Below, one piece after another: positions 1-10,504 of a stretch of 64,000 bases of DNA. The DNA comes from Nitrosopumilus sp. (lineage in GTDB: Archaea > Thermoproteota > Nitrososphaeria > Nitrososphaerales > Nitrosopumilaceae): contig OZ244651.1 in NCBI GenBank assembly GCA_965218695.1, positions 192,001-256,000 on the forward strand. The letters are read 5' to 3'. Under the pieces are notes generated by a model. The model ran no database searches and was not told the origin of the DNA. It saw only the letters and a list, made by a program, of their open reading frames with translations. The translations under genes and the position numbers were made by a program. Position 1 is the first letter of the stretch. Every line of letters starts with the position of its first letter.

Positions 1-142
1 CTACTCTTTGTTCTATCTTTCCTGCCTAGCGTATGGAGGTATCCGGCGCAGAACCGGCCTGAATGTGCCGATTTCGCCAATCTAATCGCGATCTGCGAAA
101 TTAGTTTTTCCGGATCTTTAATCCGATTACTACCCGTACCCC

Positions 143-763
143 ATGGGGGACAAGGCCGGGTACGTCGGGGTGTGCCTGGGAGACGGCGGCACCGTGTCAG
201 TCACGGTGGCCGGAACCCGGGGGGCGGCGGTGCTAGACGAGCACTACCCGCACTGGGACACGCCGCTTACCTGCGACGAGTTCTCCGTCTATAACGGGTT
301 CAAGAAACGCCAACGGTGCTGGGCGCACATGCTGCGGGAATCCGAATACCGCACGCACTCAAATGATCCGCTCATGGTACTGCTGCACCACAGGCTGCAG
401 ACGATATTCCACGACGCAAAATTCATCCCGCCAGACAAGGGCATAGACACAGGCCCCATGGCATTGGAGGTCAAGTCAATCGCGCAGGCGTACCTGCAGC
501 ACGGCCAGCGGGTGTTTGGCACCAAACTCCACAACGCTGCAGACCATCTCTTTACCTTCGTGAATCATCCCGGCATGGATCCCACTAACAACGAGACTGA
601 AAGGATGGTGCGCAGGATAGTGCTGCACAGGAAGATCCGCATGAGGATGGTAAATCCTGGCGGGATGAGGATGTTTGGCATTCTCATGACCTGTTTCCTT
701 ACGTGGAGGAGACGGGGGCTTGACATACACCAGAAAATCCTAGAGGTACTTGCCTGCACCTAA
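143..763 (+). pseudogene. IS66-family transposase, 3' portion (5' part interrupted or outside window); element right end TAAACAATTAC at 761-771
   Basis: Motifs QRCWAH and DPTNNETERMVR..V..RK typical of IS66 TnpC; end reads GTAATTG on the minus strand, like the other IS66 ends here. Confidence 0.8.
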
Positions 764-924
764 ACAATTACCCCGCCCGACTCTGCGAGGTTGGTGAATA
801 CATGATAACCCTACCCACCCACCACATGTGGCGGGCTGACCCCTAATTACGCATGGTCGCAAAGACCTGGTTGTTGAATGGGGCTATCCAAGCTGCTGTG
901 TTACTGGACTCCGAGTCCTGATAG

Positions 925-2040
925 ATGTATGCAGCTACCGGCCTGTCACACAAAAAAAGGGAGGTGAAAGAAATAGAAAAGAGTATTGGAATTGACATAG
1001 GAAAGAGAAAATGTGTAACGTGTATAATGGATCACAAGGGGACAATCCTGGAAAAGTCATCGTACAACAACACGTCCCGGGAGGCATTGGAGTTTGCAGC
1101 ATATCTAAAGGCCACATACGGCCAGTGCAAAGCAGTCTGCGAATCCACCGGAAACCACTGGATTAAGACTGCAGACGCCTTTGAATCCGCCGGAGTCCCG
1201 CTGACGCTTGCCAATCCGTTCAAGGTCAAGGCAATCGCATGGGCCAAAATAAAAAACGACACCATAGACGCAAGAACGCTTGCCAACCTGCTGCGGGCAG
1301 ACCTGGTTCCAGGCTGCCACATAGGTTCGGCCGAATCCAGGGGAATTAAGCAGGTCCTCAGGTACCAGATGACCCTAGTGCAGGACCGGACAAAAGTGAT
1401 CAACTTTGTGCACACGCTGACAGACAAATACGACATAAATCCAAAAAATGCAGGGACCAGCGTCTGGAGACCAAAGGTCCTAAAGTACCTTGAAGGAGCA
1501 GACATGAAGAATTTCAGGGACAGGTTTGTTCTGGACGGCTGCATATCGCAGATACGGTACTACAACGACGAGATAAAAAAGACCGAAGACGAGATCAAGT
1601 GCTACGTCCGAGACGCCCATGCCCCGAAGATACTGCTGAGCATGACGGGAATGAACGTGTTTTCTGCTGCACTGCTGGCAGCAGAGATCGACACCATCGA
1701 AAGGTTTGAGAACCCAAAAAAGCTCGTATCCTGGGCAGGCATGTGCCCGACGCTTCACCAGTCAGGCGACACGCTATACCACGGCAGGATGAAAAAGGAC
1801 TCGAACCGGAAGGTCAACTGGATCATGATCCAGTGTGCGCTTGTGGCAGTGTTCCATGACGCAAGGATGAAGGAACACTACACGCGCCTCCTGAAGAGGC
1901 ACAAGCACCACATCGCCATAACGCACGTCGCAAACAAGATGCTGACGATCATCTGGCACATGCTGACAGAAGGCAACCTGTACGAGGACAGAAACGAGAA
2001 ACTGTACCGCGCCAAGATCAAGGAAGTTATGAAGGCGTAG
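925..2040 (+). CDS. IS110-family DEDD recombinase/transposase (true start possibly GTG at 964)
   Basis: GIDIGK, CESTG and KNDTIDA DEDD motifs; C-terminal SWAGMCPTLHQSG serine motif. Confidence 0.93.
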   Translation: MYAATGLSHKKREVKEIEKSIGIDIGKRKCVTCIMDHKGTILEKSSYNNTSREALEFAAYLKATYGQCKAVCESTGNHWIKTADAFESAGVPLTLANPFKVKAIAWAKIKNDTIDARTLANLLRADLVPGCHIGSAESRGIKQVLRYQMTLVQDRTKVINFVHTLTDKYDINPKNAGTSVWRPKVLKYLEGADMKNFRDRFVLDGCISQIRYYNDEIKKTEDEIKCYVRDAHAPKILLSMTGMNVFSAALLAAEIDTIERFENPKKLVSWAGMCPTLHQSGDTLYHGRMKKDSNRKVNWIMIQCALVAVFHDARMKEHYTRLLKRHKHHIAITHVANKMLTIIWHMLTEGNLYEDRNEKLYRAKIKEVMKA

Positions 2041-2235
2041 ACGCAGAACCGGCAATGTCCGTAGACGATGATGCCTGATCTAGCGGATGCTGTGCACAAA
2101 TTATGGGAACTATGGGATGTTTCTACATGAATGCTGGGGGGCCAGCCCCCCAGACCCCCCGGAAGGGATTATGCGTGTCACACCGCGGGGCAAAAAGCCG
2201 TATTTTCTGCCGGTCGGGCAGGATTCTGCTTGCAG

Positions 2236-3448
2236 GGGTGTGTCCTAGAGGCATATACCCCCGGATGACAAAAGATATGGATCGGCGGATCACGGCATCG
2301 CCTAATGACTACAAAGAAACGCGACCAACGACAGTACGATTTGGTTCAGCAGTACCTGTCGGGCCTCATGCTGAATACCGTGCTGGGAATAATCAAGAAT
2401 CTTGGGGATCCGTACGCCGTCAGGCCCGGCCTGGGCGGCATGACGGCATACCCGCCTGGCGCCATGGCAGCTGTCTGCATCATGCTTGAGGCACAGCGCA
2501 CGACCTACCGTAAGATGGTCGGCATCCTCCGAAACAATAGCGCCATGGCAGCCAAGATGGGCCTAGAGAAAATTCCCTCCAAGAGCACGATAGCACGCGC
2601 CTACGGCCTGATCCCGGAATGGTACCTGGCAGAGGCACACCGGATTGCCATCAGGGAGGTGGAGGCAGGCTCCCTGGCAGCAGACGGTACCGGATACTCG
2701 TACCTGCGGTTTGTCAGGTGGTTTGACGTCAGGACCGACAGTTTTCGTACCAGAAAGGGATGGGTCAAACTGCACGCAATCGTGGATATCCGCACCAGGG
2801 TGATAATCGACTGCATGGTGACTGACAGCGCAGTGGCAGACATAAACGGGCTGTACGCGATGCTCGGCAGGTTAGGCCGGGGCACCGGCGACTTTTGCCT
2901 GGATTCTGCATACCTGGCAAGGCTCATGTGCAACATGATATCTGCGATGGGAATGGTGCCCCGCATCAAGCCAAAATCCAACACCATACGCAACGCCAGG
3001 GGAAGCCAGTCGTGGCGCGAGATGGTAAGCCTGTACATGGATGAACGGGACAGGTTTGACTCGGAATACCACCAGCGCAGCATCATCGAGGCAGTCTTTG
3101 CCGCCCTCAAGAAGATGTACGGGGACAGCACCAGGTGCCGAAAACACGAGAACCGGACAAGGGAGACTGCGATCCGTGTCATGTGCTACAACATCGAGCT
3201 CGTGGCCAGATTGCAGGCAAAAGACGGCAGGCTCACACAGGATCAAATCGCGACACTTGCAGCATAGCTGGCGCGTTTCACCACGCGCTTCCTAGCGGAG
3301 CCTCCGCACCGTGTCTTGGATTTGGGGGATTTTATGGGTTGTGGAGGATCGATGGTGCGGCACTGTTGGCGTCGACGGGTTCTGGCACCAATCATGTCTT
3401 TGGCATTCTGGTACATGAAATGGCATTTTTTATTACTAGGACACACCC
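2236..3448 (+). mobile_element. 1213-bp IS5-like element, copy A
   Basis: TIR GGGTGTGTCCTAG/CTAGGACACACCC; 9-bp TSD TGCTTGCAG/TGCATGCAG (1 mismatch). Confidence 0.92.
2305..3267 (+). CDS. IS5/IS4-type DDE transposase (320 aa)
   Basis: AADGTG, KLH, LDSAY and YHQRSIIEAVF motifs. Confidence 0.92.
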   Translation: MTTKKRDQRQYDLVQQYLSGLMLNTVLGIIKNLGDPYAVRPGLGGMTAYPPGAMAAVCIMLEAQRTTYRKMVGILRNNSAMAAKMGLEKIPSKSTIARAYGLIPEWYLAEAHRIAIREVEAGSLAADGTGYSYLRFVRWFDVRTDSFRTRKGWVKLHAIVDIRTRVIIDCMVTDSAVADINGLYAMLGRLGRGTGDFCLDSAYLARLMCNMISAMGMVPRIKPKSNTIRNARGSQSWREMVSLYMDERDRFDSEYHQRSIIEAVFAALKKMYGDSTRCRKHENRTRETAIRVMCYNIELVARLQAKDGRLTQDQIATLAA

Positions 3449-3612
3449 TGCATGCAGGTAACGCTTAAGAAGTCAAAAAACATACCCAAGGTGACAAGTT
3501 GGACGCAAAACCTGGATAAGTCCGGGGATGGGTTAACATAGATGCGTAATTCTTCTGACCGCCTAGTCTAGTCCGATACGTTCAATGATCCCATGATCGC
3601 CCGCACGCGATA

Positions 3613-4622
3613 ATGATCAAACACAACAGACGGGAAAGATACTGACAGTACTACGAACTTGCAAACGAAGTCGAGGCATCCCACCTGAGGAGGACGCTGA
3701 TTGAAATGATTCTTGAGAACCCCTGCCCGCGCTCCGAAAACGACAACAGGGGCCGTCCTCGGATTCACTCCAAGGACAAGCTGGATTTTGCCTGCCTGCC
3801 TGCCTGCTGATGAGGGCATACAACAACACATTCCGCAGGATCGAGTCAGACCTGCACGACATGCGGACTCCCTGGGACGGCGAACCCGTGCCGGATCACA
3901 CCACGATAGTCAGGCACCTCCAGATCATCCCGCCAGACTGGATGGATTTGGTGCTGGCCGAGACTGCTCGCCGATGCATCGCCGGGGCGTCCGGGGCAAC
4001 CGGACCGCTGGCTGCAGACAGCAGCGGAGTGGAGACTACCCGGTACGAGGACATCGAAAAACCCTGCAAAAGGGAGCGCGATTTCGTCGAGATGCGCCAA
4101 AAGGCCTACTGGAAATACCACGTAACGGCCATCATGGGGCTACAGATCGTGCTGGCCGCGTTTGGCACGCCTGGCAACGTCAACGACGTCACGATGCTGC
4201 CAGTCATGCTGGCAGAGATCAGGCGCCGCGGGTATGACTTTTCGGGGCGCGTCTTTGATGCGGACCGCGGGTATGACGCCGACTACAACTTCAAGGAGCT
4301 GTTCTGGATGGGCATGACGCCCAACATCAAGCAGAGAAAGGACGCCGTCAGCAGGGGCAAGCCAAGCAGGAAGAAGGCAGCCGGGCTGTTTGACTCGCAC
4401 GAGTACAGGACAAGAGCCCTGGTGGAAGGCATATTCGGGGCCGAGGAGAGCCGGCGGCACCAGCTTCACTGCAGGTTCGTGCGCGAAGACAATCGGCGCC
4501 GGTTTGCCAAGGGACGAGCAATCTCATGGAACATCCGGATCCTCAACCGGTTTAAGTGTGCCTGCCGGCTAAATATACCGATACCGTCCTACGGCGGTTC
4601 GGCTCGCACGGAGTGCGCCTGA
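3613..4622 (+). pseudogene. IS5-family transposase with in-frame TGA (3643-3645) and GCCT x4 frameshift (3790-3805)
   Basis: N-terminus aligns by eye with the intact homologue at 44568-45581 (RY*QY vs NYWNS; RGRPRIHS); PVPDHTTI, AADSSG and DADRGYD downstream. Confidence 0.85.
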
Positions 4623-6015
4623 TGATCCAACCCGTCCGTATCTGACCCCGTCCGTGAGAATGCGGCGGGAAATATTCAGATTAGGACATATCGGAATTAT
4701 GCACCAACCTCCGACTGTATGAGTTCACCTGCCCCTTATATCAGTCGACCAACTTCTTCGGCCACGCTCTTGCCATGTGCCCTCCACGTGAGGACGCATG
4801 TAACAAAATCTGCAAGACGCTTCATGGACTTGGGCCCACCCTTGGTCTGCCCGCTTATCTTGCGGAACACCACCAGATAGCGCAGTGCCCTCTCGCCGGC
4901 GTTGTTTGTAGGGTCGACACCTGGATGCTCCAGGAACGCAAACATGCGGTGCAGGTGCCTCTCAAGCTTGTCCAGCACCTTTTGCATGTCGTCATCGTTA
5001 CCACCACCTGCATCGCGATACCGGTCAAGCATGTCCTGCATGGTGCGGTTCATCGCATGCCGCAGATGTGGCGAGTGCGCCTCCTGCGCGGCCAGCAGTT
5101 TTGCCCTCTCAAACACCCACTTGTGGTCCTCGTGGAGCTGCCGCCGCCGCCGGACGCGTTTGGTCTTGGGAGGCACGGCACAGTATTTTTCTGCCAGGTG
5201 TCTTGTCTGCCGGAGGTCGTGCGCCCAGCACGACTGGTGCATGCCGCCCTTGTCAAACCTGTCATACCCGTTGTACCCGTCAGTTATCGCCACCCCGTCA
5301 AATTTGTCCATGGCATCGAGCATGAGCGTGGCCCTGCTCTGGCTGATGTTTATTGCGATATTTTTGCCCGACTGTGCCACGTTTGCGTGCACCCTCTGGC
5401 CGTCGTTTCGCCAGCTGGTCTCGTCAAACCCGGCACAGTCAGAAGCCTCCACTTCCCCGAGGATCCTGCCTGCCTCGTGGCCCGAGGCGTCCCCGACGCG
5501 CGCCATGATGTTGTTGACAGTGGATCCTGCAAGCTCAATGTCCGTTATGGAGCGCACCGCGACCGAGATTCCCTTGAGCGGCACCCGTGCCGCGCGCAGT
5601 TCTGAGACGAGCCCGACCAGTCCCTTGCCGAAGTTGCCCCGCCGCGGCAGGTCGTTTGGGGCATCTTCCCTGCGGCCGCATGAGCCGCATATTGCAGTCT
5701 CCACGCGGTGCCGCGTCTCGCACGCAGTCACCATGATGTCCGTGATGTCCCGCACGCGCGGACTGCCAATCGCCATCCGGCCGCCGCCGCACCCGCATTC
5801 CGGGAGTACCGGCACCTGTCTCCTGCCCGACTTCCTGCGCCCGAACCTGTGGGATACGGTCCTTTCCGGGTCGTGGGAGCGCGACGCCCCCACGTGTCCA
5901 TCTCTTCCCCCGCGCTTGGCTTTGTCTCCCTTTTCCTGTTTTTTTGCCCGCTCCCTCTTCTGGGCCTTCCATTCCAGGGATTCAGATGAGGGCGGCGTGT
6001 TGGGGTTTGTATAGT

Positions 6016-7486
6016 AGATTCTATGCGTAATCGCACTTAATTTTTAATTTTAGACAGCACGCATGAATTATTGTTGGATTTGCGGATTAATTCTGCATCA
6101 AGGCATGCGGTGCCGGAGACATTTTACAAGCATTTGCAGCAATACGTGCGCACCATCCCCGCACCGCGATGTGCACCGGTTCTGTTATCAGAACGGGGCG
6201 CTGCCTGCAGGCGGGACGGCCCCGTTCCAGTCAATGACTGTCTCCCACCTGCCAGGCGGCGGCGGGCCCTTGTCTATCTTGTCCCATAGCAGGTGCAGGT
6301 TTACCAGTCCGGTGGCCACGTTGAATTCGTAGTTGAACCTGCCTATGGTCCCGTCGTACGGGTCTGTCAGGCGCGCGTATCTCTTGAGCCTTCCGATGGA
6401 GTGCTCCACGCGCACCCGGACAGAGTTGACCAGGTGGTTGTGTTCTTTTTGCTTGGCAGTCAGGATCCGGCGGTTTTTTGATCTCTTGTGGGGGATCATG
6501 AGCGTTGAGCCCGGCAGATCCTTGCCGGTTCCCTGGTAGCCCCTGTCTGCCCAGACGCGGATCCTGTCTTTTTCCGGCGTGGAGGCCTCGCGCATGGAAT
6601 CGGCCCACCTGCCAAACGGCATAGGATCCTCCCTGAGCAGCGTAATGTCGCCGGTGGAGCCGACGGAGCTTTTCGAGATCCCGATTATCACCCCGTCGGC
6701 GTTGGTGTAGACTGTGGTGTTGTAGGTAAAGCGCTTCTTCTTGCCCGAGTACATCATGCGCCTGAGGGTCTTTTCTGACGGGCGCCGCACCGGACAGTGC
6801 GTGCCGTCTGCGATGATGTTGCCCCCGTCGGATCCGGGCACGATTTTTTTGAATTCCTCCTTGGTCTTGCACGAGGCCACCTCTTTTGAGACGTTTTTGG
6901 CAGTGGGAAGCACCCCGGCCAGCATCTTGTCCATCACCTTGAGGTACCTGCACACGCTGGTCTGGTCGATTCCGAATATTGCCTGCAGCGTGCCCTGCGT
7001 GGGGTTGTCTTTTTTGTGCATGAGCGACATGAGCAGGGCGTGCCGGAGGCGCAGCCTGCACCTGTTTCCCGGATCAGAGGCCCGGGATTCGTCGTCGCGA
7101 AACAGCGGCATGTCGCCGGATGCGGTGGCGTACGCCAACACCCGCTCCAGAACGTGCCGGAACTCCTCCCTGCTGCACAGGGTCGCAGAGCGCAGGCTGG
7201 ACTCGTCTGATATGACGCCGTCAAAGACCTCGATCCTGTGCAGGTCCGTGCTGTTCCCCGGGTCCCAGCCCTCCTCCCTGTTCTTCCACAGGCGGCGCTC
7301 GATGTCCAGCTCCTTGTCCTTTTGGTCTAATTCCTTGTCTTTCTGTGCCAGAGTCTCGTTTAGTTTTTTAATTTCCTGTTGCATCTTGCGTATGGCTTGA
7401 TCAGACGAATCCTGCATTTGGAATGTAGCGAGATTATGTCTGATCTAAACTTATTGGATTGATGGGTGGGATTACGCATAAAATCT
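6016..7486 (-). mobile_element. IS5/ISL2-like (Harbinger-related) element
   Basis: TIR AGATTCTATGCGTAATC/GATTACGCATAAAATCT; TSD AGT or TAGTA (boundary ambiguous by 1-2 bp). Confidence 0.85.
6188..7417 (-). CDS. DDE_Tnp_4-like transposase with N-terminal coiled coil and HTH
   Basis: IADGTH, YSGKKK, WADRGYQG and RVRVEHSIGRLK motifs. Confidence 0.9.
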   Translation of the reverse strand: MQDSSDQAIRKMQQEIKKLNETLAQKDKELDQKDKELDIERRLWKNREEGWDPGNSTDLHRIEVFDGVISDESSLRSATLCSREEFRHVLERVLAYATASGDMPLFRDDESRASDPGNRCRLRLRHALLMSLMHKKDNPTQGTLQAIFGIDQTSVCRYLKVMDKMLAGVLPTAKNVSKEVASCKTKEEFKKIVPGSDGGNIIADGTHCPVRRPSEKTLRRMMYSGKKKRFTYNTTVYTNADGVIIGISKSSVGSTGDITLLREDPMPFGRWADSMREASTPEKDRIRVWADRGYQGTGKDLPGSTLMIPHKRSKNRRILTAKQKEHNHLVNSVRVRVEHSIGRLKRYARLTDPYDGTIGRFNYEFNVATGLVNLHLLWDKIDKGPPPPGRWETVIDWNGAVPPAGSAPF

Positions 7487-7735
7487 AGTATGTCATGATG
7501 CGCTCGCTGTACCCCAAGGCCCTTTCAAGACGTTCGATCTTGGCAAGCACCTCTTCAATCTTGGACTCGAGCATGGCATTTTTCTTCCTTTCCTCAGCCA
7601 GTTCCCTCTCCAGCTGTTCCCTGTTCATGTGCCGTGGGTTCCCCATGGACAGGGATGTGTATTACCAGCATATGGATCAGTATGATCATTTTTTTGTGAC
7701 AGGAAGGACAGGTGAATTCATACCTCCGACTCTGC

Positions 7736-8948
7736 GGGTGTGTCCTAGAGAGATATACTCTAGGATGACAAAAGATATGGATCGGCAGATCACGGCATCG
7801 CCTAATGACTACAAAGAAACGCGACCAACGACAGTACGATCTGGTTCAGCAGTACATGCCGGGCCTCATGCTGAATACCGTGCTGGGGATAATCAAAGAG
7901 CTTGGGGATCCGTACGCCGTCTGGCCCGGCTTGGGCGGCATGACGGCATACCCGCCTGGCGCCATGGCAGCTGTCTGCATCATGCTTGAGGCACAGCGCA
8001 CGACCTACCGCAAGATGGTCGGCATTCTCCGAAGTAACGGCGTCATGGCAGCCAGGATGGGCCTGGACAGAATTCCCTCCAAGAGCACGATAGCACGCGC
8101 CTACGGCCTGATCCCGGAATGGTATCTGGCAGAGACACACCGGATTGCCATCAGGGAGGTGGGGACAGGCTCCCTGGCAGCAGACAGTACCGGGTACTCG
8201 TACCTGCGGTTTGTCAGGTGGTTTAACGTCCGGACCGACAGTTTTCGTACCAGAAAGGGATGGGTCAAGCTGCACGCAATCGTGGACATACGCACCAGGG
8301 TGATAATCGACTGCATGGCAACTGACAGCGCGGTGGCAGACATAAACGGGCTGTACGCGATGCTCGGCAGGCTCGGCCTAGGCACCGGTGACTTTTGCCT
8401 GGATTCTGCATACCTGGCAAGGCTAATGTGCAACATGATATCTGCGATGGGAATGGTGCCCCGCATCAAGCCAAAATCCAACACCATACGCAACGCCAGG
8501 GGAAGCCAGTCGTGGCGCGAAATGGTAAGCCTGTACATGGATGACAAGGACAGGTTTGACTCGGAATACCACCAGCGCAGCATCATCGAGGCAGTCTTTG
8601 CAGCCCTCAAGAAGATGTACGGGGACAGCACCAGGTGCCGAAAACACGAGAACCGGACAAGGGAGACTGCGATCCGTGTCATGTGCTACAACGTCGAGCT
8701 CGTGGCCAGATTGCAGGCAAAAGACGGCAGGCTCACACAGGATCAAATCGCGACACTTGCAGCGTAACCGGTGCGTCTTGACACGCGCCTCCTAGCGGAG
8801 CCTCCGCACAGTGTCTTGGATTTGGGGGATTTTATGGGTTGTGAAAGATTGACGGTGCGGCACTGTTGGCGTCGACGGGTTCTGGCACCAATCGTGTCTT
8901 TGGCATCTTGGCACATGAAATGGCATTTTTTATTACTAGGACACACCC
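7736..8948 (+). mobile_element. 1213-bp IS5-like element, copy B
   Basis: Same TIRs as copy A; TSD CGACTCTGC (7727-7735; right copy split by IS66). Confidence 0.92.
7805..8767 (+). CDS. IS5/IS4-type DDE transposase (320 aa)
   Basis: Close paralogue of 2305-3267. Confidence 0.92.
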   Translation: MTTKKRDQRQYDLVQQYMPGLMLNTVLGIIKELGDPYAVWPGLGGMTAYPPGAMAAVCIMLEAQRTTYRKMVGILRSNGVMAARMGLDRIPSKSTIARAYGLIPEWYLAETHRIAIREVGTGSLAADSTGYSYLRFVRWFNVRTDSFRTRKGWVKLHAIVDIRTRVIIDCMATDSAVADINGLYAMLGRLGLGTGDFCLDSAYLARLMCNMISAMGMVPRIKPKSNTIRNARGSQSWREMVSLYMDDKDRFDSEYHQRSIIEAVFAALKKMYGDSTRCRKHENRTRETAIRVMCYNVELVARLQAKDGRLTQDQIATLAA

Positions 8949-8953
8949 CGACT

Positions 8954-10492
8954 GTATGAATTCACCTGTCCTTCCTGTCACAAAAAAATGATCATACTGA
9001 TCCATATGCTGGCAATACACATCACTTTACATGGTAAATTCACGGCACATGAGCAGGGACCAGCTAAAAGAGGAACTCCTAGCACGGAACCGGGAGATTG
9101 CCACCCTCAAATCCGATCTTGAGAAGGCACTTGGCAGGATAGAACGTCTTGAAAGGGCCTTGGGGTACAGCGAACGCCTCATGACATACTATACAAACCC
9201 CAACACGCCGCCCTCATCTGAATCCCTGGAATGGAAGGCCCAGAAGAGGGAGCGGGCAAAAAAACAGGAAAAGGAGGGCAAATCCAAGCGCGGGGGAAGA
9301 AAGGGACACGCGGGGGCGTCGCGCCCCCACGACCCGGAAAGGACCGTATCCCACAGGTTCGGGCGCAGGAAGTCGGGCAGGAGGCGGGTGCCGGTGCTCC
9401 CGGAATGCGGGTGCGGCGGCGGCCGGATGGCGATTGGCAGTCCGCGCGTGCGGGACATCACGGACATCAGGGTGACTGCGTGCGAGACGCGGCACCGCGT
9501 GGAGACTGCAGTATGCGGCTCATGCGGCCGCAGGGAAGATGCTCCAAACGACCTGCCGCGGCGGGGCAACTTCGGCAAGGGCATGGTCGGACTCGTCTCA
9601 GAACTGCGCGCGGCACGGGTGCCGCTCAAGGGAATCTCGGTCGCGGTGCGCTCCATAACGGGCATTATGCTTGCAGGATCCACCGTCAACAACATCATGG
9701 CACGCGTCGGGGACGCCTCGGGCCACGAGGCAGGCAGGATCCTCGGGGAAGTGGAGGCTTCTGACTGTGCCGGGTTTGACGAAACCAGCTGGCGAAACGA
9801 CGGCCAGAAGGTACACGCAAACGTGGCACAGTCGGGCAAAAATATCGCAATAAACATCAGCCAGAGCAGGGCCACGCTCATGCTCGATGCCATGGACAAA
9901 TTTGACGGGGTGGCGATAACTGACGGGTACAACGGATATGACAGGTTTGACAAGGGCGGCATGCACCAGTCGTGCTGGGCGCACGACCTCCGGCAGACAA
10001 GGCACCTGGCAGAAAAATACTGCGCCGTGCCTCCCGAGACCAAACGTGTCCGGCGGCGGCAGCAGCAGCTCCACGAGGACCACAAGTGGGTGTTTGAGAG
10101 GGCAAAACTGCTGGCCGCGCAGGAGGCGCGCTCGCCACAGCTGCGGCATACGATGAACCGCACCATGCAGGACGTGCTTGACCGGTACCGCGATGCCGGT
10201 GGTGGTGGTAACGATGACGACATGCAAAAGGTGCTGGACAAGCTCGAGAGGCACCTGCACCGCATGTTTGCGTTCCTGGAGCATCCCGGCGTCGAGCCTA
10301 CAAACAACGCCAGCGAGAGGGCGCTGCGCTACCTGGTGGTGTTCCGCAAGATAAGCGGGCAGACCAAGGGCGGCTCCAAGGCCATGAAGCGCCTTGCAGA
10401 TTTTGTCACGTGCGTCCTCACGTGGAGGGCACATGGCAAGAGCGTGGCCGAAGAAGTTGGTCGACTGATATAAGGGGCAGGTGAATTCATAC
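8954..10492 (+). mobile_element. Single-ORF IS66-like element (intact)
   Basis: TIR GTATGAATTCACCTG; 8-bp TSD CCCCGACT (8946-8953, 10493-10500). Confidence 0.92.
9031..10473 (+). CDS. IS66-family transposase (480 aa)
   Basis: Coiled coil, NPNTPPSS, Zn finger, FDETSW, TDGY, QSCWAH and PTNNASERALR. Confidence 0.93.
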   Translation: MVNSRHMSRDQLKEELLARNREIATLKSDLEKALGRIERLERALGYSERLMTYYTNPNTPPSSESLEWKAQKRERAKKQEKEGKSKRGGRKGHAGASRPHDPERTVSHRFGRRKSGRRRVPVLPECGCGGGRMAIGSPRVRDITDIRVTACETRHRVETAVCGSCGRREDAPNDLPRRGNFGKGMVGLVSELRAARVPLKGISVAVRSITGIMLAGSTVNNIMARVGDASGHEAGRILGEVEASDCAGFDETSWRNDGQKVHANVAQSGKNIAINISQSRATLMLDAMDKFDGVAITDGYNGYDRFDKGGMHQSCWAHDLRQTRHLAEKYCAVPPETKRVRRRQQQLHEDHKWVFERAKLLAAQEARSPQLRHTMNRTMQDVLDRYRDAGGGGNDDDMQKVLDKLERHLHRMFAFLEHPGVEPTNNASERALRYLVVFRKISGQTKGGSKAMKRLADFVTCVLTWRAHGKSVAEEVGRLI

Positions 10493-10504
10493 CCCCGACT
10501 CTGC

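Larger units (their letters stand above)
797..3544 (+). mobile_element. IS110-family (IS1111-like) element, copy 1; 3' non-coding region interrupted by a 1213-bp IS
   Basis: Ends AATACATGATAACCC ... GGGTTAACATAGATG with sub-terminal IR (ATGATAACCC/GGGTTAACAT); no TSD; same ends in all four copies (copies 3 and 4 lack one A). Confidence 0.9.
787..4711 (+). mobile_element. IS5-family non-autonomous element, copy 1; left TIR split by IS110
   Basis: Left TIR GAGGTTGGTG|CGTAATT (787-796 + 3545-3551); right TIR AATTATGCACCAACCTC (4695-4711); 9-bp TSD CGACTCTGC (778-786; right copy split by IS66). Confidence 0.88.
4736..7646 (-). pseudogene. IS66-like transposase split by the insertion at ~6016-7486
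   Basis: Both halves match the intact 480-aa ORF at 9031-10473. Confidence 0.88.
4717..7723 (-). mobile_element. Single-ORF IS66-like element, interrupted by another IS
   Basis: TIR GTATGAGTTCACCTG/CAGGTGAATTCATAC; 8-bp TSD CTCCGACT (4709-4716, 7724-7731); near-identical to 8954-10492. Confidence 0.92.

Noticed and set aside
1-142. Possible right end of another IS interrupting the first IS66
   Set aside because: The partner TIR and TSD lie outside the window, so the boundary cannot be defined.
3643-3645. TGA at a Trp-equivalent position as evidence of recoding
   Set aside because: TGA ends many normal genes here, and the same ORF is also frameshifted; a simple nonsense mutation fits.
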